Counted from the stretch's first letter, positions 40,070-53,774 are shown. The stretch is DNA of 64,000 nt from Malacoraja senta (GCA_038087875.1 CM075990.1:13642001-13706000), one strand, 5' to 3'. The notes: generated from the letters alone by a model not told the origin. Program-made: numbers and translations.

Positions 40070-40186
40070 TGTATGTACATATATGTTATGTATATGTGTA
40101 TGTGTGTATATGTGTATATGTATGTATGTATATATGTACATGTATATGTATGTATGTGTGTATGTATTTATGTATTTATGTATTTA
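40070..40186. repeat. (TATG/TA/TG)n microsatellite in the LINE 3' UTR
   Basis: Direct reading. Confidence 0.85.
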
Positions 40187-40550
40187 TGCTAGATGCAGGA
40201 AGATTGCTCCCGATGTTGGGGAAGTCCAGGACAAGGGGTCACAGCTTAAGGATAAGGGGGAAATCCTTTAAAACCGAGATGAGAAGAACTTTTTTCACAC
40301 AGAGAGTGGTGAATCTCTGGAACTCTCTGCCGCAGAGGGTAGTCGAGGCCAGTTCATTGGTTATATTTAAGAGGGAGCTAGATGTGGCCCTTGTGGCTAA
40401 AGGGATCAGAGGGTATGGAGAGAAGGCAGGTACGGGATACTGAGTTGGATGATCAGCCATGATCATATTGAATGGCGGTGCAGGCTCGAAGGGCCGAATG
40501 GCCTACTCCTGCACCTAATTTCTATGTTTCTATGTTTCTATGTTTCTATG
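40187..40550 (+). mobile_element. CR1/HER1-like LINE 3' fragment nested in the Crack-type 3' UTR
   Basis: Near-identical to 46114-46470, (TTTCTATG)n tail. Confidence 0.9.
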
Positions 40551-42834
40551 TATATATATATGTATATATATAATTTTCCTTTATTTATTATTCATTTTCA
40601 TCTTTTCTTTTCTTCTTTTTTTAATCGTTCGAAATAAAAAGATATCAAATCAAATCAAATCAAATCAAACAGGTGAGTTATGCCAATAAAAGATTGTTTA
40701 ATTGTGAGCAACAAATTCCCAGCGTTCTGCAGGTAAAGCAAAGCATAAATGAATGACATAGCTCGTTCTACAATCAGGAGCAACAGCTTGAGCAAGACAA
40801 ACGAATCTTGAATCTGCCTTTCACACAGCAGAATAACATTCTGTACTTAATGAAAGGCTTAATCAACTGCAATGTCTTTTGGCGTGCCACACTTTTCCTG
40901 CTGGAGGTTTTGATGCAACGAATGACATTATAAAGCATAGCAATGGGTTGAAACAGCACGGCACTCTCATGCCGTGGTTAGCAATGGTTTTACACCCATG
41001 GTTCCCAGTCAGACAAGTGTTGAAGGAAGCCGCAAACTTAACAGATCATTTGTACGGTTTGCATTTACCGGATACATAGATACAACAAAATGCTGTAAGG
41101 ATTCTTCAGAGAATATTCATGCTAATACCGTGATCATATATATTCCAGGTAGGATAAGGGCAAGAAGTTTCCTTTCTGAAAGGAGGTTAACGAACCTGTT
41201 GATTCCTTGCAGCCACCAAACAGCGTGTCAAAGTCTAGCTCCCAAAATGTTCAGATTTCAAAATGCATCATGAAGCTTTAAACAGCTACAGAAATAGTAT
41301 GTACACACAATGATGAAACACTGCTGTCAGTTAAGTACTTCAACCGTTAACCTGTTATGTCCTTTCTGAAGGATGAAATGTCACTAGGATATCTATATAA
41401 TATTTCAAAATGCATAGCAAGATTGTCATGCATTCCCCTTCAAACTGATGAAAGACAACAACTGCGTTTTCTTGTAGCTGTTGAGTTGGGAAGGATATCT
41501 GCATTATCTCTGCTCTTTGATCATTTAGTTTTAGAAGATTATTGAAAAAGAAGGCTCTTCACAGTCCTTAGAAACTACTGGTAGCCAGTTTGTCCCCCAT
41601 GTTACTTATGTCCAAATGTTCTGCTTCTAGACTTGTTAATAATGCAAAATAATTAGTGAATCTTTATCTAACGTAGCCTGCTGCAACCTCATACTGTGTC
41701 AGCTTGACCCAGTTGATATTGCCCTCATCAGAGAGCTGTAGTATCAAGTCCATTCAGCTCATGACTGATGCTGTCAATTCATTGTGATAGGGGATGGAGT
41801 TTTGAACTGGCATCCAGCAGGATTTGTAACATGGTCTGTCAATTCAAAATACCACCTATCTGCCTGTTTAATGGTTCAAATTACCCATTTGACAAAGTAA
41901 AAGATCATTTAATTAATACACCAGCAAAACAACTCTGCGTTCACCACCAGAAACAGGTTATTTCTTCAATCATTCTGCTGGGCCAGATTCTGCAGTAATA
42001 ATTTTTGCAAAATACCGACATAATGATGGCAGAATTATTGGGTTGCAGGAAACCGACACCAAATTTGGGAATGTCATCCATGTGAGGTTTAACATGGAGG
42101 CCCTTGTTATCAGAGGTTACTCCCCAGGCTGTTGGATGAGAATGACTTGAAATTACCAGAACTTAAATACTTTAGATCGCAGTAAAATACCCTGGAAACC
42201 ACACACTTTGTTGCAGATCCGTATGTTTTCTTTTTAATGGGGCCCTGAACCACAATACTAAGCAAAAATCAAACTGTTGCAGAAACTCAGTGGATCAGGG
42301 AGGTAAATAGACAGTCAAAATTTCGGGTCAGGACTGTGCATCGGGGCTGCTCCAGATTCCAGCATTTGCATTCTCTTGTGTCTCCATAGTACTAAGCAAA
42401 CTATCTGGCCTTATAACATCTTATGTCGACGCAAGCAACTACAGTTGCTGGACTCTTGAGTCAAAGACAATGTGCTGGAGTAACTCAGTGTTGCTTGACC
42501 TGCTGGGTTACTCCAGCTCGCTGAGTTTTAACATTTAATGTAGCACAGATATCCTTAATTTCTTCAGAATCCTCCATAATCACACACATATGTCAGAGTC
42601 TTTACTGCCTATAATATTCAAAAAGCAAAAAAAAAACACAGATTTTGCTGACTGTGGGAGTTCTGGCTTCCCTAACAGTGTGATAACATCACATCCTGTT
42701 GGGAGCCAGGCATCTCTTGAATAAGGGGAAAATTTGTACAACATGATCCTTAAATCTTTCTGGAGACCTTCCTTTGATTTTGAATGTGAGGGTTTTGTTT
42801 CACCACTGACCACAATTTCTAGCCCACTGGTTTA

Positions 42835-43155
42835 CTTTAGTTTATTTATACAGCATGGAAACAGACCCTTCAGCCCACCAAAACCATGCCGACCATCGAT
42901 CACCCATTCATACTAGTTCTATGTTATCCCACTCACTCACCAAATCCCTCCATAGGGGCAATTTACAGAGGCCAATTAACCTACAAACCCACAGGTCTTT
43001 GGAGGTGGGAGGAAATGGGAGCACCCGGAGGACTCATATGTGGTCACAGGGAGAACATAGAAACTCCCCACAGCCAACACCTGGGATCAGGAATGAATTT
43101 GGATCTCTGGCGTAGTGAGGTACAGCTCTATGAGCTGCATCACTGTGCTGCCCTG
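42835..43155 (-). mobile_element. diverged HE1-like V-SINE
   Basis: Reverse-complement similarity to 7998-8308. Confidence 0.7.
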
Positions 43156-43554
43156 GCTATGTGATATCTTGTTACTTGCTGTAAGACCTGCTTTAGATTT
43201 TTCACATAACAACCATCACTGAACTTCAGTGCAATATATTGTACATGAAGTGCTTTGAGATATGTTTGAGGCACGTGATATAATGCTACGCAAATGTGTG
43301 TCTTTCTATTTTAAACCTTGTTTTACTTGGCATTTCAGGATGTTTCTCTTCGTCCATTCTAAATGTACTATCTACCTCTTAGATCACCCTTGGACTATCC
43401 TTGATTGGACTTTGCTGGCTTTACCTGGCACTAAATCTTATTCCCTTATCATGCATCTATACACTGTAAATGGCTCGATTGTAATCATGTATTGTCTTTC
43501 TGCTGACTGGATAGCACGCAACAAAAGCTTTTCACTGTAGCTCGGTACGTGACA

Positions 43555-43794
43555 ATAGACAATAGACAATAGATGCAGGAGTAGGCCATTCGGCCCTTCG
43601 AGCCAGCACCGCCATTCAATGTGATCATGGCTGATCATCCCCAATCAGTACCCCGTTCCTGCCTTCTCCCCATATCCCCTGACTCCGCTATTTTTAAGAG
43701 CCCTATCTAGCTCTCTCTTGAAAGCATCCAGAGAACCTGCCTCCACCGCCCTCTGAGGCAGAAAATTCCACAGACTCACCACTCTCTGTGAGAA
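43555..43794 (-). mobile_element. CR1-like LINE 3' fragment inserted into another LINE-like tail
   Basis: Minus peptide FSQRVVSLWNFLPQRAVEAGSLDAFKRELD. The host tail gtgacaata...aactaaac is split, with acaata repeated. Confidence 0.85.
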
Positions 43795-45552
43795 CAATAA
43801 ACTAAACAGTAACTGTAAACCAAACTGTAAACTGTGTAAAATGTGGTACAAAATATAAATGTGAACTCAATATTAATAGGAAAGGAAGATATTTTAACTG
43901 AGCAGAGGGAATCTTAAAGGTGATGGCGTTCCCACAGGATTGCTGCTCTGGTCCCTCTTGAGTGCTTACTAAAATTACAGGAACTCCAAAGAGCGACCAC
44001 GCCCATCAGATGGGAATAATCAGCAAACTTTCCATGAGAAATCCACCCTCTGCCATACTGTATAAACAATACTGGCAGCATCTTAAAGAATTACAAGTAA
44101 AAATGTCATAGTGGGGCTGGGGTGGGAGACGACACTGAGGTCAAATGATGAATATGAACTACTTGACTTTTGTGGTACTGTAAATGGTGTAATCCAACCC
44201 TTTTGATTGGATTAACCACAACAAGAGGGAACTACTTTCCTTTCTGAAGCCCTGTTAACTGGACTTAAGGCCATGCATCAAACACTGGCTTTTAGTTTCT
44301 GGTCCAAATATTTTATAATTGCCCCCTCTCCTTGTCCAAGTGTAAACTGAGATGAAATGATTGAATTCACTGAAATGTTGTTGTTTTTATTTCCCAAAAA
44401 AAAAAGAAGAGAAAATCAATACTAATCTTTTAAGTACCTCTGTTTCTTTTTTTAATGGTTTCAGAAATTACCTGTTTTTCTTTCCTCATTTATTAGAATC
44501 TGAGCTGCCACTATAACTGTGAGGTTAGATGGGGTCAAAGATTCCACTGGAATTGTGAATCTATCCAAAATCATTACCAATAAACCTGCCTTCAGAGAAT
44601 TTCTAAAGCATTTATTTTGCTCCAAAAAGCTTGTGGCTGCATCCTCCGTTTATGAGTTTCTGCCCTTTTACCATAAAGGGATAGGTGGATACTGCAACTG
44701 ATTTATGAAAGCCATTCTCTGAAATAGTCTAGATACAGTGGAGGTTCCATCTTGTAATCTTTTTAAAATCTTTTACCTTTAAAAATCAGTGTACAAATAC
44801 AGATGTTTGCTGACACATTTGGAGGCTTTGTGCTATTTTGTCTGACTGACCTTTTGAATAACAGTTTAAGACTAGTCTATATTGTTGGATTGTATTGATC
44901 AGCTGCGGGCAGCATATGGCTTCTAATCTTTATCTGATAGAGAGCCATCTGATCCCTGCAAGACCCCAGCAGTGCAGTTATCTGATCTGTCTCTCTATAT
45001 TTCCACTGTCATTCCTGCAGATTAAAATTAGGACAGATATCCTAACAAAGCTTTTCCAGATCCTCCCACGGAATTCACCCAGTGACAATAATGCCAATGC
45101 ATGTAGGTTCATCCACAATGTCAAATGGTTATGATATCTTCTGGCTGGAAATGTCTAATATTCGTTATTATGGTGACACAGAGGTAAAACTGGTCAGAAT
45201 CTATGAGATATACAAAAAAAGGTTGTTATATATGGATTGTGTTTCTTTTTGTAACATGTTTATTGGAAAATAAGCCACTGGCAGTAGAACCATATAAAAA
45301 CCATGGGATATGTACAACCTTAAAGAAAGGGGACACAGAAGACACATTGTAATGGAGATCGTAGTTTTGGGGGGGAGGATGTTCATGACATGTTGGATTC
45401 ACAGATCTATTGAGATAAATTCCAACAGGTTTCATCACGACATTATTTCATCAAATATAATGCAAAGCATAATGAAACTGCTTTAATGACTGACCTCCAC
45501 CCAACAGCCAAGCAGCCTGGGCTGATCGCCGAACGACAACCTGACCTGCTTT

Positions 45553-45630
45553 TAAATTTTTTTTATTTTTTTTAATTTTTTATTTATTAGAAGTACATTA
45601 CATTACAACCACATACATTAGTACTCGTCA
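45553..45630 (-). mobile_element. very short L1 3' tail
   Basis: Reverse complement of about 4637-4700 including poly-A. Confidence 0.8.
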
Positions 45631-45937
45631 CTGGGTTCACTGCTTTTTAATTTGTACTCGGCACTGGGTTCACTTGTGAGCTAGTGCTGTAGAAGCAGCG
45701 ACTCTTCCCAAATCCTGCCCTGGTTCAGGCACAATTGTACAACTGCATTGGTACATGTGTGGGAAGAAAGGTCCAGTTCCATCAGGTTTGTCCACCGAAC
45801 ATATACGCCTGGGCTGGTTCCATCTGCCTCCAGAATGGGCGCAGTCTCCCACTCACCGGCTTTGACTTATCTTGTGGGTTCCCTTCAGAAGTCTTTGACC
45901 GATTTTATTTAATTTTGGGAGACTCCCAAAGTATCGT

Positions 45938-46470
45938 AGGAAAGACATTCTTGCCATAGAGGGAGTACAGAGAAGGTTCACCAGATTGATTCCTGGGATG
46001 TCAGGACTTTCATATGAAGAAAGACTGGATAGACTCGGCTTGTACTCGCTAGAATTTAGAAGATTGAGGGGGGATCTTATAGAAACTTACAACATTCTTA
46101 AGGGGTTGGACAGGCTAGATGCAGGAAGATTGTTCCCGATGTTGGGGAAGTCCAGGACAAGGGGTCACAGTTTAAGGATTAAGGGGAAATCCTTTAGGAC
46201 CGAGATGAGAAAAACATTTTTCACACAGAGAGTGGTGAATCTCTGGAACTCTCTGCCACAGAAGGTAGTCGAGGCCAGTTCATTGGCTATATTTAAGAGG
46301 GAGTTAGATGTGGCCCTTGTGACTAAAGGGATCAGGGGATATGGAGAGAAGGCAGGTACAGGATACTGAGTTGGATGATCAACCATGATCATATTGAATG
46401 GCGGTGCAGGCTCGAAGGGCCGAATGGCCTACTCCTGCACCTATTTTCTATGTTTCTATGTTTCTATGTT
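45938..46470 (+). mobile_element. CR1/HER1-like LINE 3' fragment with open RT C-terminus
   Basis: Peptide LSYEERLDRLGLYSLEFRRLRGDLIETY...TRGHSL...FFTQRVVNLWNSLP, (TTTCTATG)n tail. Confidence 0.92.
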
Positions 46471-46599
46471 GATAATCCCAATGGCATGGGGAATATGAAC
46501 ATAGCCACATCACAACTGGGTCCATGACTTCTAATTCATTTCAACAAGGAACAACAAAGCATTTGTCTTTATGGATGATAACCAATCAATTATGATATG

Positions 46600-46870
46600 A
46601 TACTATACGGTACGATACAATATAAAACTTTATTTATCCCAAGAGGGAAATTGATCTGCCAACTGTCATAAAACACAAGATACATGTAACATGAAGTTAA
46701 AGTGATGAGTGGAAAGGATTGGGGATGTGCAAAGATTGGGGGTGGGGGGGGGGGGGGGTGGGGGAGTCAGTCTACCCCATGACAGAAGGGGGAGGAGTTC
46801 TAGAGTTTGATAGCCACAGGGAAGAAGGATCTCCTGTGGCGTTCTGTACTGCGTCCTGGTGGTACCAGTT
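46600..46870 (-). mobile_element. Rex1/Babar-like 3' fragment
   Basis: Minus strand reads RTQYRTPQEILLPCGYQTL, frame-shifted relative to a Rex1-type C-terminus. (ATCGT/ATCAT)n-like tail. Confidence 0.6.
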
Positions 46871-48058
46871 GTTGACCACTGGTACCTCACTGATGCAGCC
46901 CACAATTGCAGAGTCATCCGAAAACCTCTGCAGGTGCCAGGAGTCTGAGTTATATCTGAAGTTATATCTGAATTAGGTAATTTCAGCAATTTTTTATTTC
47001 AGGTATAATCTCTCGCATTTTGTGGAACTGAAGCATCTTTTTCTGCCAACTGTAAGAGAAGCAATTAAAGTATTTTAATAAACTTTAAAAATCAACTTAC
47101 TGGCACAAAGTCCTCGTCAGAGTTCCACTGTGATTAAACTCTTTGTAGGCTCATTCAGAGAGACTCAAGGATGACTGTAGTGGGAAAGAACACAGGACAA
47201 ATGTATAAACCAAGGTTATTAATGTGCTTTGACCTCTTGGGTTGTTTCATAAGTAGTTCTTAACATGGGATGGTGGAATTAATATTGTAAAAGACTTGGA
47301 CACGAAGCCTCTCAGTTTGAAGGCAATGTCCAGAGATAAGACACTGTAATCACAAATCAAAACTTTTCCATAAGAATAGAAAATATGTATGTAGCAGGTC
47401 AGTTCACAATTCATGTTGATATAAAAATATACTTAAAGATAGACTGGTATGAAAACCAATGCAGGGTTAATTCAATATGTAAAAGAAGCAATGGATTCAA
47501 CAAAAAAAGAAAAATACTTCTGCTGAGGTTACTTTTACTAAGGAATATTACAAAACTGTAACTTTTCATTCGGTTCTTGGGGTGGAGAGGGGTGATAGCG
47601 CTATAAAGGGGAGGGTAGTGTCTTGTGTTCTGTGTCTTGTGTCTACTGTTTGTGGGTGGGGGTGTTTGTTTGGTGTTCAGCCATGAGCGAATGGCGGTGC
47701 GGGCTCGATGGACCTGGTGGTCTGCTCTCGCACCTACTTTCTATGATTCTATGATTTACAACATTTACAATTCATTGAGGTTTGCACACCAAGACAGTCA
47801 GCATCTCCTCAAATTCCTCTCTGCAATTAGTGTTACCTAGTTTGGGAGTTTGGGGTATTTTCTTCTACTTTTATGATCTAATTATTCTTTGCTCCCCTAT
47901 GGCTATATTACATGTTTTGGGAGCATGTAGGAAGGTCTCAGCTAGTCCCTTTTCTCTCGCCAACGCTCAGAAAACACATCTCACTTTCCTGCTGATGCAT
48001 CAAACCACCCAGATGATTCAGGTCTCCTTGTGTAGACTCTTCAGAGATTCAGACTTTA

Positions 48059-48248
48059 CCCGAAGATAGACCCAAAATGCTGGAGTATGTCAGCGGGACA
48101 GGCAGCATCTCTGGAGAGAAGGAATGGGTGACGTATCGGGTCGAGACCCTTAACGTCACTCGAGAGATGCTGCCTGTCCCGCTGAGTTACTCCAGCATTT
48201 TGGGGTCTATCTTGGGTTTAAACCAGCATCTGCAGTTCCTTCCTACAC
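48059..48248. mobile_element. fold-back hammerhead-family insertion
   Basis: Inverted arms, 12-bp TSD attcagacttta (48047-48058, 48249-48260). Confidence 0.85.
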
Positions 48249-48489
48249 ATTCAGACTTTAACCATTGGTCAAACCTTCAGGTTTTGTCTGGATTTATTAG
48301 TCTCTGGGCATGTTTCCTCTACGCAATGCCACCCAATACCATATTCAGTTCCAGAAATAGATATTCCATAGAGCTCAGTTATCCCTCAACAGGTTTTGCT
48401 TCATAAACACTCCACAGGTGACAGAGCGATCGTCCCAATTAAAAAAAATTGAGTATGTTGTGGTAAAATGACACACTCTCGACTATTTT

Positions 48490-49020
48490 AGATGAGATTT
48501 AGTTTAAGGGTTTGGGTCATAAGTTGGCCAGCTGTACCCCCCTCTACCACCTCCTCTGGTAGATTATTCCATGTGTACACCACACCACCCCCTGTGTGAA
48601 ATAATTGCCACTCAAGTCATTTTTAAATCTTTCCCCTCTCAGCTTAAAACTTAAATGCCCATCCCCTATGCTGGTGAAAGAAACTGGGCCTATTCAACTT
48701 ATCTATACCCCTTGTAAACTTCGATAAGGACCCCCCCCCAGCCTCCCATGCTCCAGGGAAAACAGTCTATCCAGCTTCACCTTAGAACCCAAAACCTGCA
48801 GACCCAGTAGCATCCTTGTTGATCTTTTTTTAGTTTAATGATATCCTTCCCAGAGCAGGGTGACCAGAACTGGACACTGTACACGGTGCCCTTACCAGTT
48901 GTAATGTGACGTCCCAACTCCTGTATTCAATGCTGTGATTGATGAAGGGAAGCATGCCAAACACCTTCTTCACCACTCTGCCTACCTACATTGCCACTTT
49001 CATGGAACTATGTACCTGTT
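48490..49020 (-). mobile_element. degenerate CR1-like LINE RT fragment
   Basis: ttaaatctttcccctctca..., gggtgaccagaactggacac pattern of CR1 minus strands. Confidence 0.6.
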
Positions 49021-49544
49021 AGCGGGCAGAGCTTTGTGCTTTTCAGTCGTGTTAAAACTGGTTTTCGCTCAGTTTGATTTTAAAATGGCTCAGAGCACTT
49101 CGTATGAATGTCAAGTTACTGATAGTTTATCTAACACGCCTTCTTGTATTGGACACACTCCTGTTTTTAAATTAATAATTAATTGTGATGGATCTTGGTT
49201 ACGGATTACTGGTTTTAATGCATTAGGATAATAAATCTCTCTCACATTCTCTTTCTCGGGCTCATTCTCATCCAATTAAAACATGTACAGGTTTACTTTA
49301 GATTTATGCTTTGAATCAAAGCAATTATAATCTGTATCTAGCCAGATGTTGAATCAAGGTAAATATTGTCTGATAGCTACCAATAAAACCATGTCAAATC
49401 CAATGATTGGGATAGGATTATTTATCACCCTCCTCTCTCTTCAGCTGCTTGTAAACCCGAGTCATTTGTTATTGCCAATAAAGTGCTTATACTTAGGATT
49501 AAAGTCATGGCTGATGTTTGCGCACAGGAATAAAGACCCGACTT

Positions 49545-49995
49545 TACAGTCATAGAGCATAAAACATGCCTTTCAGCCCAAGGTCCGTGCTGAACATTAA
49601 GGAATCCCATTTTATTCTTCGTACATTCCCATCAACGTCCCACAGGCTCTGCCCTCACCTAGGGGTAATTTGCAATGGCCAGTTGACCCATATATCTTTG
49701 TGATGTGGAAGTTTGATTAGCACGGGTGTCCGGGGTTATGGGGAGAAGGCAGGAGAATGGGGTTAGGAGGGAGGGATAGATCAGCCATGATTGAGTGGCG
49801 GAGTAGACTTGATGGGCCGAATGGCCTAATTCTGCTACTATCACTTATGACCTATGTAAATTGAAATGTCTGGAGGAAACCCATCAGGTCACAGAGAGAA
49901 CGTGCAAACACTGCACAGACAGCACCGGAGGTTAGGATTGAACTGGGGTTGCTGGAGCTGTGAATCAGCCACTCTCCTAGTCGCACCACTGTATC
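49545..49995 (-). mobile_element. diverged HE1-like SINE with a nested + strand CR1 tail (about 49712-49855)
   Basis: SINE halves flank the gatcagccatgattgagtggcggagtagac tail. Confidence 0.7.
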
Positions 49996-50964
49996 ACCCA
50001 TGTGTAGCACCTACATGAGGTACCTTTTATAATCTTCACCCAATTGAATACTTTTAGACTGTAGTCACTCTCATGAAGTACAAAATCCAGCAGAAAAATT
50101 GTGCTCAACTGTTTTTTTTACAATCAATAAAAAATAGCCATAGTTATCGAATGATACAGCATGGAAACAGGCCCTTGGGCCCATCAAGTTTGTGTTAACC
50201 ACCTAAATGAAATTGATTGGGGAATGAATATGAATGTTTGGGATGAGAAAGTACAAGGCATGATTAGGAAGTTTGTAGATGATACTAAAGTGGCTGGTAT
50301 TGTTCATAGTGAAGATGGTCATCAGAAATTACAGTAAATTCTTGTTCACAAATCTCTAATGCAGAGGCAAGAGTGCAAAGCACTGAGCTAATGCTGATTC
50401 CATTTGGTACCTGCTATTAATAGGAATGGGATTACATATTGGGAATGGTGAGAATAGGAAATTGCAGTGATGGGTTCCAGTGACAAACACATTCTCTGCA
50501 AATACTCAGAAATGCATTTATACCCTGAGGTGAAAAGCCTTCCATTTGCATTTGGAAATTTTGCACCGCATAGATCCATGAGAGTTGCTCTCTGAAGTAC
50601 ACCAGGAAGCAAACCATGAAATGCAAAGTACTGAGCCTTGAGGTAAAACCACAGTTGAACATACTTAGACAACCAAGGGGTAGTTTAATTAACCATACTA
50701 TTCTGAAAATGCATTTAAAATGATTTTATTGTGATTCAAAAATGTTGCAAACATTGTTATTACCCTTTAGTCAGCTGATTAGGAGGGATTTACTAATTAG
50801 TTGCATGATTTAATTTGTACGTCTGAATCAGCATCTTGTTACAAAGAAATTATCTTGGATTTCAATTATAATCAATTTCAAATTACAATGAATAATCTTC
50901 CAATTAGATGGATAAAATTTGCATCTGGGTTACGATGAATAAATTTGTTTACAAGCCAATCATA

Positions 50965-51143
50965 AGGTCATAAGGAATAGTAGTAGAATTAGGCCATTCG
51001 GCCCATCATGTCTACTCCGCCATTCAATCATGGCTGATCTACAGTATCTCTCCCTCCTAACCTCATTCTCCTGCCTTCTCCCCATAACTTCTGACACCTG
51101 TACTAATCAAAAATCTATCTATCTCTGCCTTAAATATATCCAT
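50965..51143 (-). mobile_element. CR1-like LINE 3' tail
   Basis: gaattaggccattcggccc...ccattcaatcatggctgatc. Similar copy at about 63730-63856. Confidence 0.75.
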
Positions 51144-51574
51144 GCTGAAGAAACTTGAATTGTGCTGAGGTAAATATGGTAAATATGCCAGAGATTTGTC
51201 CTGACATCTGTAGACATTGTTGCTTCTTTATCTACTGAACAAACTCCTCAGTTTTCCATCTCTGGTCTTTTAAATTTTCCCAAGCTCCAAGACAGCTTGC
51301 AAAGGTATTATATCCCAGTCCAACTATTTGCAACTTCTTTCTTCGACCCCTTCTTACCTTTAAGAACATCCACAACCATTTATTCAAGAGTCAAGAGTCA
51401 AGAGAGTTTTATTGTCATGTCCCAGATAGGACAATGTATAAAACCATTTTAAACATTGGTACATGATACATGTGCATGTATAAAATACAATATACAATGG
51501 TAAAAACCATCGCTTATTTTTAAAAATATTACTTTGATACAGTTTCCATATACTTATAAGATAACATATATGCT

Positions 51575-52085
51575 TTTACAACATAGAAGGAGGCCAGTTC
51601 ACCCCAAGTTTATTTTGGCTCACAATGCAATCCTAATCCCCATATTTTAAGATGGACACAGAAATCTGGAGTAACTCAGCGGGACAGGCAGCACCTCTGG
51701 AGAGAAGGAATGGGTGATGTTTTGGGTCTTGGCTGATCTATCTTTCCCTCTCAACCCCATTCTCCTGCCTTCTCCCCATAACTCCTGACACCCATACCAA
51801 TCACGAATCTATCTATCTATCTATCTGATATTTTTCCCTGTAACCCATTTTCTCTGCATTTGCATCAACTCTGCGCAGATGGTACCATTCATCTATACGG
51901 GAGGAAGAAATTTATAGTGGCCAATTAACCGACTGATCCACACATCTTTTGGATGTGGGAGGAAGCCAGGGTATCTGGAGTGAAACTCATTCGAGTAGTC
52001 ACAGGGAGTGTGAAACTCCTTCACAGACAGCACCTGAGGGCAGGTTTGGACCTGGGTCTCTGAGGCTGTGAGGCGGCAGCTGGTA
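51575..52085 (-). mobile_element. diverged HE1-like SINE with nested hammerhead-repeat and CR1 fragments (about 51645-51825)
   Basis: ggccaattaacc...ggatgtgggaggaagcc...cacagacagcacc similarity to the SINE. Confidence 0.6.
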
Positions 52086-52912
52086 TTCCTTGTGTCATTT
52101 CACTTTTACACCTCTGATCCTGTCTTAGAATGCTTGGGGTAGTCTCCAAATTACCAGTGGAGGTGTGCAGGCATTGAGTCAGACAGGTGACACCTGGGTC
52201 TATACCTGAGGTAGGCCAAATACATTCACTAGTTTTAAATTAGCTAGCAGAAACAGACTGAAACTAGAGAGTTAAGGCTGAGTGGAGAGGTGTTAGGGGC
52301 AATTTATAAATTTGGCAATAGTGTGGTATTTCAATCCCTATTTTCATAGAGACATGGAGACAGACAGCACTGAAACAGGCCCTTTGGCTCAATCCTTCCA
52401 TGACAACAAAGATCCCCCATCTAAACTTGTTCCATTTGCCCATGTTTTTTTTAATTCTGGGTTTTCTTTTGGATGCTACAGCTCCACGTGTACACGGCCA
52501 GCATGGAGATTTGAGTTTTGGGACCTCTCCAAGGGTCTTGGACAATGTGACCCCAGCACTAACACTCCCATCATTGTCCGGCCAACCTTCTCGCCCTTGT
52601 TTGTGGGATTGGCCACGCACAATTTGGCTACACTTGGAAAATGACTGTGAAAGGGTTTGGCAGCTTTTGAGGGTGTGAAGGCTATCTATCATACAGGTTC
52701 TTTACAACTAAAATTAAACTTTAAATGTACTGGAGCGAGGGTGGATTGGTGCAATTTACTTACAATTAGCAAACTTACAGCTAAACTTAGAATAAACCTA
52801 CAGTTATTTACTGATTTGGGATCAGAATTCATTTCGGCCATTAACCATACGGTCATTTACATTGTGAGGCAATTAGACCAGGATATTGGAAGTACTTTGT
52901 TTTTGTTCCAGA

Positions 52913-53078
52913 TGTTTAAGAAGGAACTGCAGATGCTGGAAAATCGAAGGTAGACAATAATGCTGGAGAAACTCAGCGGGTGAGGCAGCATCTATAGAGC
53001 GAGGGAAACGTCGCCTATTTCCTTCGTTCCATAGATGCTGCCTCACCCGCTGAGTTTCTCCAGCATTTTTGTCTACCT
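52913..53078. mobile_element. fold-back hammerhead-family insertion (subfamily B)
   Basis: Inverted arms joined at ggaaacgtcgcc. Confidence 0.8.
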
Positions 53079-53774
53079 TTGTTTTAGTTCTTTATCATTG
53101 GCCACGGCCCGGTTGCAGACTGCGGTCCGATCCTATTCACATCCGGACAGAATTTAAACTGACTAGATACACGTCGCGTTTCTGCCGAGTCTTGCGCCCA
53201 GAACCAGGGGAAAGGTTTGGGGGCGAACTCTTGGGCACATTTCAGCGAGGACAATTATTGAGAAGAAAAATTTAAAAAAAATTCGACTAATAAATAATAC
53301 GAAGCGGGTTGTTAAAAAAAAAAGTCCTTTTAAATGAATAGATATTTTGAAATTAAATTACTGTACACCAACAGACAGAGAGTGTGCTGATTTTGGCCAC
53401 AACGTAAAAACAAAACAAAATAAATATTGTTCTTTTTTGCCCAGTAAAGCTCCGCCCTGCCTCTGGTCAAAAGACAACTTGCTGGAGGAACTCAGGAGGT
53501 CCGGCAGCATCTGTGGAGGGAATGGAGAGGCGACGTCTCGGATCTGGACCCTTCTTCAGACTTCGCTCTGTTCTGAGCTGTGATGGACAGCGCAGCTTTT
53601 TATTCCGCTGAGTGAAATTTCGCGTCCGACGAAACCCTACCCCTTCCTTGCGAATGTAATCGTTTTGTTAGCCCCTTGCACCCCACAGAACACACCCCTC
53701 TGTGTGAAATAAGACGAACACGCTTAGAAACACTTGTTGTCTTTGCCCACAAAGAGGGCAGACTTTAAAGACGC

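Larger units (their letters stand above)
37240..40669 (+). mobile_element. 5'-truncated L2/Crack-type LINE: APE endonuclease plus reverse transcriptase ORF2 with one frameshift near 38052
   Basis: APE motifs VYRAP, GDFN, IDNIF, SDH. RT motifs QYGFR, DLKKAFD, GVPQGSVLGP, FADDT. Stop ends at 39829, (TCAAA)n tail. Confidence 0.93.
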
